Notes under the pieces: model-generated
The model's database searches: none
Told to the model about the DNA's origin: nothing
What the model saw: only the letters and a program-made list of their open reading frames with translations
Translations under genes and position numbers: made by a program
Shown: positions 57,306 to 64,000 of the stretch, piece by piece
Layout of the letters: the number at the start of each line of letters is the position of its first letter
Position numbering within the stretch: the stretch's first letter is position 1
Assembly (NCBI GenBank): GCA_951406725.2
Contig: OX597815.1
Coordinates: forward strand, 166,594,001-166,658,000
Direction of reading: 5' to 3'
Length of the DNA: 64,000 bases
Source: Octopus vulgaris
Taxonomy: Eukaryota

Positions 57306-57757
57306 GTATGTGTGTATGTATGTACGTATGTATGCATGTATGTATGTATGTATGTATGTATGAATTTATGTAAGTATGTATGTACGTATGTAAGAATGTA
57401 TGTATGTATGTATGTATGTATGTATGTATGTATGTATGTATGTACGTACGTACGTATGTATGTATGTATGCATGTATGTATGTATGTCTGTAAGTATGTA
57501 CGTAGGTACGTATGTATGTATGTATGTATGTATGTATGTATGTATGTATGCATGTATGTATGTATTAATGTATGTATGTAGTTATGTATGTGTATATATA
57601 TATATGTATGTATTCATATATATATATATATTTATATATACGTATATAAATATATGTATATATGTATATAGATATTTATATACATGTGTATATTTATATA
57701 TATGTATATAGATATACACATACACACGTATGTATATATGAATGTGTGTGTATGTAT

Positions 57758-57795
<38 letters not shown>

Positions 57796-57800
57796 GTATA
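57306..57800. repeat. (TATG)n, (TA)n and (CA)n compound microsatellite
   Basis: Directly visible. Confidence 0.95.
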
Positions 57801-57958
57801 TATACACGCACAGTGATAGAGACAGAGAAGGTAAAGGTTGGTTGGTGGGGTATGTATTCAGTTGTTAATAATCAGCGTATCATCAGAGATAAGAAATCCT
57901 TCGTTATTGTTTTGGTGATAGGGATGTTTTGGTAGATCTGGGCAGCAGTAATGGCAGC

Positions 57959-57995
<37 letters not shown>

Positions 57996-58195
57996 CCAGT
58001 GGCAGCCGTAGCCGTGGAAGCAAAGAGTCGGTGGTAATCTCGTCATGGTTATCATTTAATTGTTCCTAAATAATACAACCGATGACTGCGTGTATACGTC
58101 TCCGCTTGTAAGTCTGTTTGTGTTTACATGTACAGTCTCATGTATTTACGTTATTTTACTTCTGCTTTGTTTTCGTATATAAAATGGTATGTATG

Positions 58196-58227
<32 letters not shown>

Positions 58228-58424
58228 TGTATGTATGTATGTATGTATGTATGTATGTATGTCATTGTTCAGTTTTATTTCAAGATTCCTTGCCAATAGA
58301 GAAAGAGCCGGTTTCTAACCTAGATCCACCAAGGCTCCTTCATTGGAATTTCAACATCAACAACAGGGTATTTGTATGTATGCATGTATGTATGTTTGTT
58401 TGTTTGTTTTGGTGATAGGGAAAC

Positions 58425-58723
58425 CCAACAGCTTGGGTTTCAGGGGACCACAGCTCTTCTATATCCTTCCTAAATGCCTGAGAGACCTACATGGTGTGCA
58501 TGTGGGTTTCTTTAAAACAAACCGGATCTCTTCTTGTCAGGGGTTCCGGATGAACCTACCTCTCGGCAGGAAACACAGATGCGGACAGCGGCGTCGAACT
58601 CCCTTGTTGACCAAGTGCCATGGATCAGAGGTGGTTTCACATACTAGTATAGCTCATTCAACGGTGGTGCCCCAGCATGGCCGCAGCTTTCGGGCTGAAA
58701 CCTTTTTAAGGATTTAAGGATTT
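58425..58723 (+). mobile_element. CR1-type LINE 3' end (ORF2 C-terminus plus tail)
   Basis: NSLGFRGPQLFYILPKCLRDLHGVHVGFFKT / DLFLSGVPDEPTSRQETQMRTAASNSLVDQV resembles invertebrate CR1-like ORF2 ends; tail stem-loop followed by ttaagga repeats. Confidence 0.7.
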
Positions 58724-58770
58724 ATGTATGTATGTATGTATGTATGTACGCATGTATGTTTGCATGTAAA

Positions 58771-58988
58771 CAAGGGGGCGATGAAACGTTCCTGGTTTTG
58801 GGTAAAAGAAAATACAGGAGGAGCAGTTAATTATAATTTTATCCAGCGTAATCCCTTCTCTGATTCATACACTTATTGTAGCGGTCCTTCAGATTTTCTA
58901 ACCCCTGTAAAAGAATCCGGAAGGTTAGACCTCCAGCCATGCTTTTGTGCTACCCTCAAAAAGCTAGGAACTTTTCAGTACCCTCTCG
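58771..58988. mobile_element. Mariner-type MITE
   Basis: Imperfect TIRs caagggggcgatgaaacgttcctggtttt / aaaagctaggaacttttcagtaccctctcg followed by ta. Confidence 0.6.
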
Positions 58989-59283
58989 TACACACGCACA
59001 CACACACACACGCACACACACACTCACACACACACACACACACATGTCAGATCCAATCACAAGGCTTTGGTCAGCCCGAAGTATACTAGAAGACACTTGT
59101 CGAATTTGCCACGCAGTGGAACTGAAACCGGAACCACGTGGTTGGGAATTAAACTTCCTGCCACAAAACCACGTCTGCGCCTATATATATATATATATAT
59201 ATATACACATGTTTTTAAGTGTGTGTGTATATGTACGTAAGTACGTGCATACTTATGTATGAATCATTTGTAAAAAATTACAT

Positions 59284-59343
<60 letters not shown>

Positions 59344-59721
59344 ATAATAATAATAATAACAATAACAAAATGAATAATTTCAGCTGCTTTAACTCTATAT
59401 TGTCGCAACCGGATTCACTGTAATATCGTAATTGGTAGTATTTGTAAAGAACTGCGTTACTTTTATCCGGAACTAATATAGAGGTCGTTGGCCTAGATTA
59501 AATCACTACGTTTATATATACATATATTATACGTACATACATACATAGACATACAGCGAAGGTAAGCGCATACCTACTATTATCTTGATAGTTATTAACA
59601 CTTGAACGTAATATAATATTTCAGAATTTCGTTTTATTTTTGTCCGTACACGTACGTAAGATTCTTTGTTGAGGATCTGAAATCGATATACTATAGTATA
59701 AAAAAAGCAGGGATAACAACA

Positions 59722-59795
<74 letters not shown>

Positions 59796-59836
59796 AAAAA
59801 ATGAAGTTTGAAAATGCTGCTATATTAGGCAAATTT

Positions 59837-59890
59837 TAATTTTTAACATGTTTCGGTTCTTGAAATGACGAACCTTATCAAAAAAAATTA
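59837..59890 (-). ncRNA. Minimal type-I hammerhead ribozyme-like motif, U3-A8 core variant
   Basis: UAAUUUUUU-UUGAUAA-GGUUC(GUCAUUUCAA)GAACC-GAA-ACAUGU-U-AAAAAUUA, about 45 nt 5' of (TA)n. Confidence 0.65.
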
Positions 59891-60125
59891 TATATAATAA
59901 AGAGAGTTCATGCTATATGTTTAAAGAGTATGATGTAATAGTTCATAATTGTGATATATATTCAATAGAGTCAAATATAAAAAATTCATATATAATATTC
60001 AATAGAGTCAAATATAAAAAATTCATATATAATAAAGGGAGTCCATGCTATATGTTTAAAGAGTATGATGTAGTAGTTCATAATTGTGACATACATTCAA
60101 TAGAGTCAAATATAAAAAATTCATG
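59890..60125. repeat. Direct duplication of ~100 bp
   Basis: catgctatatgtttaaagagtatgatgta.tagttcataattgtga...ttcaatagagtcaaatataaaaaattcat occurs twice. Confidence 0.85.
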
Positions 60126-60385
60126 TTCTTGAAAAGGCGAGTTCATTTTAGATTTTACCTTGTGTTCCAATGGGAGCAACAGTAATGATTTTTGGTTGGT
60201 GTCTGTTCGCATAATTTTGGTGAATTTTGTGATTGTTGGGTTTATATCAGCTCAGCTAAGCTGTGGTCACTCCCAACTGTATCCTGTTAGGAAACCAACC
60301 AAGCGGAACGACAGTTTGGCCACGGAAGAAATACGTCATCATTTTTTGAAGAATCGAAATTAGATCTGACCCATGACTGTGTCCC

Positions 60386-60548
60386 GTTAGGTGGCTAGTC
60401 CAGCGGAACGAGACGTCATCAATGTTTTGACCAATCATCCTGTTAGGTGGCTAGTCAAGCAGAACGAGACGTCATCAATGTTTTGACCAATCATCTGTTA
60501 GGTGGCTAGTCCAGCAGAACGAGACGTCATCAATGTTTTGACCAATCA
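60386..60548. repeat. Tandem repeat, ~55-bp unit x3, with GACGTCA and CCAAT motifs
   Basis: gttaggtggctagtc.agc.gaacgagacgtcatcaatgttttgaccaatca x3. Confidence 0.9.
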
Positions 60549-60606
60549 GAATCGGGTCTGACCCATAGCTGTATCGTGTGGGGAAACCGATATATATATA
60601 TATATA

Positions 60607-60935
60607 CTTTTACTCTTTTACTCTTTTGTTTGTTTCAGTCATATATACTGCGGCCATGATGAAGCACCACCTTTAGCCGAACAAATCGACCCCAGGGCAC
60701 ACTAACATCGGTTGTCAAGCGATGGTGGGGGGACAAACACAGACACACAAACACACACACACACACACACATACGATGGGCTTCTTTCAGTTTCTGTCTA
60801 CCGAATCCACTCACAAGGCTTTGATCGTCCCAAGGCTAAAGTAGAAGACACTTGCCCAAGGTCTCAAGCAGTGAAACTGAACCCGGAACTATGTGGTTGG
60901 TAGGCTACTTGCCGCACAACCACTCCTGCGCCTAT
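60607..60935 (-). mobile_element. Family-2 SINE (internally deleted)
   Basis: Family-2 consensus, reverse complement. Confidence 0.8.
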
Positions 60936-60999
60936 ATTATATGTGTGTGTGTGTGTCTTTGTTTGTTTGCATGTATATATATCATCATCACCACCACGT

Positions 61000-61500
61000 A
61001 ATATCAATATTAATAGTGAAAGTATTGAAACTGAAAGTACTATCTCACATTACAATAGACATGTTATTGTTTCACTTTTGACACGTAATACTGAAATTGT
61101 GTAAGAGATAAGAGATTACTCCTGGGTGGTGGCATTAGGCAAGAAGTTGAAACTTTTTGGGGCCCATGACAATGCATGGACCTTAAATAAGGCATGTGTA
61201 AATTTGTTTTAAGAGTTTCAATATCAATAGTGAAAGTATTAAAACTGAAAGTATTATCTCACATTACAATAGAGATGTTATTGTTTCACTTTTGCCATGT
61301 AATACTGAAATAGTTTAAAAGATAAGAAATTGCTCCGGGGTGGCATTAGGTAAAAAGTTCAACATTTTGGCCCATACACTGCATGGACCCTAAGTAAAGC
61401 AGGTGCAAAATTTGAATGAAATCGGTTGGGTAGTTCTCAAGTTTTAGTGATACACACATATAGACAGACACACATTCTCAGTTATATATATATATATATA
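61000..61500 (+). mobile_element. ~210-bp unit x2 followed by a possible Helitron/Helentron-like end
   Basis: aatagtgaaagtatt.aaactgaaagta...gcatggacc.taa.taa.gca.gtg.aaattt duplicated, then gaaatcggttgggtagtt...acagacacacattctcagttatatata; the duplication is clear, the class is a guess. Confidence 0.4.
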
Positions 61501-61699
61501 ATGTATATATGTATATATGTATATATATATGCATGCTTATATATACATATTTATACATTATAACTGCCTATCTACAGATATATACATACATGCATACATA
61601 TAAACACATACACACCCTCATAAACACATACACACACACAAAAGCATAGCGTTTTAGACGGGAGTGAACAAGCCTCTTAGATGTTGTGTTTCAGAACTC

Positions 61700-64000
61700 G
61701 AAACCTTATTAAAAACCAACCGAAACTATTCCAAGGAACACCGTGTAAATTCTGAATTCAGGTTCAATGTTGATGTTATAGTATATATTTTCTTCCTGCA
61801 AAGTAACCACGGCGTGATTGCCAATATAATGAACCTTCAAGTTCAAGTTTCAGCATCAGGGGTCAATTGCACTATAAAGCTGGCGAACAATTCGTGTAAA
61901 AAGCTTACTGTAACTGCAGATATCATCTTTTTACATTTATGCACTTCTGCTCACTTTGAAATACTCTCCACCACAACAAGGTAATATGCACCCTTAAGCG
62001 AGCCCGCGTTATCAACATGTAGTCTGGACGATGAAATATCTGTTTTTGGCTACGGTTGCCATTTAGTGGTAGATGCATTTGCAGGTAAGACACACCTGCA
62101 TGCTTTCACCGATTCTTGAATGTCGCGGTCCATTGTTGGTCAAAAGACATAACTTCTCATTAATGATTTCATTCTCGAAATCCCTAGGTGACCAATCTGA
62201 AATTCCTTTAATAATCGCTTTTGTAGTGTAGCGGGCACTACGACTCTTTGTGCATATATCAACACATTGTCACACATTGAGAAATGGTTTGCATTTGTGT
62301 TGCGGATATTTTATCTCTTTTAGTCTTCAGTATTTATTTCATTTTTTAATTAATTTATCGTTTTCCGATTTTAATTTTATGTCTTGTAAAAATAACTGGC
62401 AGTTCACGTATAACGTTACACACAATATTTTTAATTTCATTTTCCACTCGCAAACAAGCAACCACGGTATTTTCAAATGGTTCCGCATTTTTTGAAATCA
62501 GTCTTGATAAATAACCAGCGTGACTTTATTTCTTGGAAGGTATATACTCCATCTTAAAATCATAGTTTAATAATATCATACTCCAGCGTTGCAACCTATT
62601 AGCAGTATGGGTAGGTATTCCTTTCGTCGACACATTTTTCGATAATAACGGATGATGATCAGTCTATAGTTGAAAGCTTCTACAGTGTAAAAATCTGTGA
62701 ATTTTTTTTACAGCCAAAGTAATCGCTAGAGTCTCTTTTTCAATTTGGTTGCAATTTTTCTCTGCTAATATCAGAGAACGTGAGGCATGAACCATCTGAA
62801 GCTACAACAATCTCCGCTGCAGGATCTAAGTGTGCTAACGACAAATCAGATGTTAATATTTTTTAAATTTCGTCAAACGCCTTTTGACAATTTTTGCAAC
62901 CAATTCCACTTTACATTTTCTTTTAGCAGATTATTCAGTGGAACCTCACCTTGTGCATATTTGGAATATAATTTTGGTAATAATTTGCCAGTCCCAAAAA
63001 GCTTGTAAGGTTGCAATGCTTGTTGGAAGTGACATATTTTTAATTGCGTCTGCCCTCGATGGATCTGGTCGACATCCATTTCTGTCAATGATTTGTCCTA
63101 AATATCTTATTTTCGGTAAGAAAAATTCACACTTTACTTCTCTCAAAGTAAACCGTAATCCCCAATTTTTTCGAACACATATTTTACGTGCTCTTCGTGT
63201 TGGTCCCAGGATTCACTTTTGATGAGTATATCATCCAGATATGGAATTTCAAATTCACATTACGTTAACATTGCATCCCTAATCTGTTGAAAAATCGTTG
63301 GTGCGACTTTTAAGCCAAATAGTAGCCTGTTGTATTTATACAGTCCTCTATGTACGTTAATTGTTAGGTATTTAGAACATTCATCGCCTACTCTAATTTG
63401 TAGGTACGCGTCAGAGAGATCCAAGTTAAAAAATTTCGTAAAAATATCCTCCGGAGAAGATAGCGGATAGTGGCATGTTTTAAGACACTCGTTTAAACCA
63501 GGGAAAATCAGCACACACTCTGATTTTATTATTCGTTTTCTTAACGTACAATTTGGTGATACCCATTGACTACATTCTACTTTTTGGATAGCTTCAATTT
63601 TTTCTAGTCTTCCTAACTCTAAGTTTATCTGCGAACGTTGCAGTTCATTTTTGTTTAAATGTCGGTATGGCGTTTTCTTTTATTTGAAACATCACCATCG
63701 TTTTTGTGCACAGACCTAATTTTTCAGTCAGAACACCAGGAAAAATATTTTAAATTTCTTTTTCAATTCGTCTGACGACTTATTTGTACTGGCGAAAACA
63801 CCATTCACATTTTTTACAGAAAAGATTTATGGGGAGGTCCCATAAGTTAAATAATTCCATCAAGTCAGTTCCGATAAAAATTGTATTATTCAACACAAAA
63901 TCTTTGGCTTTTAAGGGCTTTTCACGAAATGTAATGTCACTTATCAATTCGCCCTTAAAATACAAAATTTTTTTCCTGACAAACCACGGGCAATTTTCGA
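61700..64000 (-). pseudogene. Decayed Ty3/gypsy LTR-retrotransposon pol (RT - RNase H - integrase)
   Basis: LDLSDAYLQI....SKYLTINVHRGLYKYNRLLFGLKVAPTIFQQ; KCEFFLPKIRYLGQII; HASRSL..AEKN..QIEKETLAI..AVKK.H; HLGISRMKSLMRSYV; RLHVDNAG..KGAYYLVVV; many stops and frameshifts; continues beyond the window. Confidence 0.92.

Overview
AT-rich, microsatellite-dense eukaryotic non-genic DNA. The SINE repertoire suggests an octopus genome (inference, not verified). No host protein-coding gene was recognised, and almost all short ORFs in the track are microsatellite or SINE artefacts. The window is a mosaic of mobile elements: (i) four Penelope-like (PLE) RT/GIY-YIG copies, one with an uninterrupted ~690-codon ORF (48651-50727); (ii) two Dong/R4-type restriction-like-endonuclease LINE remnants inside (CATA)n and (TAA)n tracts; (iii) Tx1/L1 and CR1 3' ends; (iv) a decayed Ty3/gypsy pol; (v) a DD37D (maT-type) mariner; (vi) hAT-like, Merlin-like and mariner MITEs and fold-backs; (vii) dozens of tRNA-derived SINEs. 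The most striking signal is a set of 11 minimal type-I hammerhead-ribozyme-like motifs, each a short distance 5' of a (TA)n tract. They lie at PLE 3' ends or in ~200-bp ORF-less elements. Between them, the core 3-8 tertiary pair occurs in all four Watson-Crick forms (C-G, U-A, A-U, G-C). Also notable are a tRNA-Trp/SINE chimeric retrocopy bounded by an 18-bp TSD, and a CR1 3' tail that matches the tail of the dominant CORE-type SINE. All folds and alignments were read by eye, and coordinates of repeat edges are approximate.
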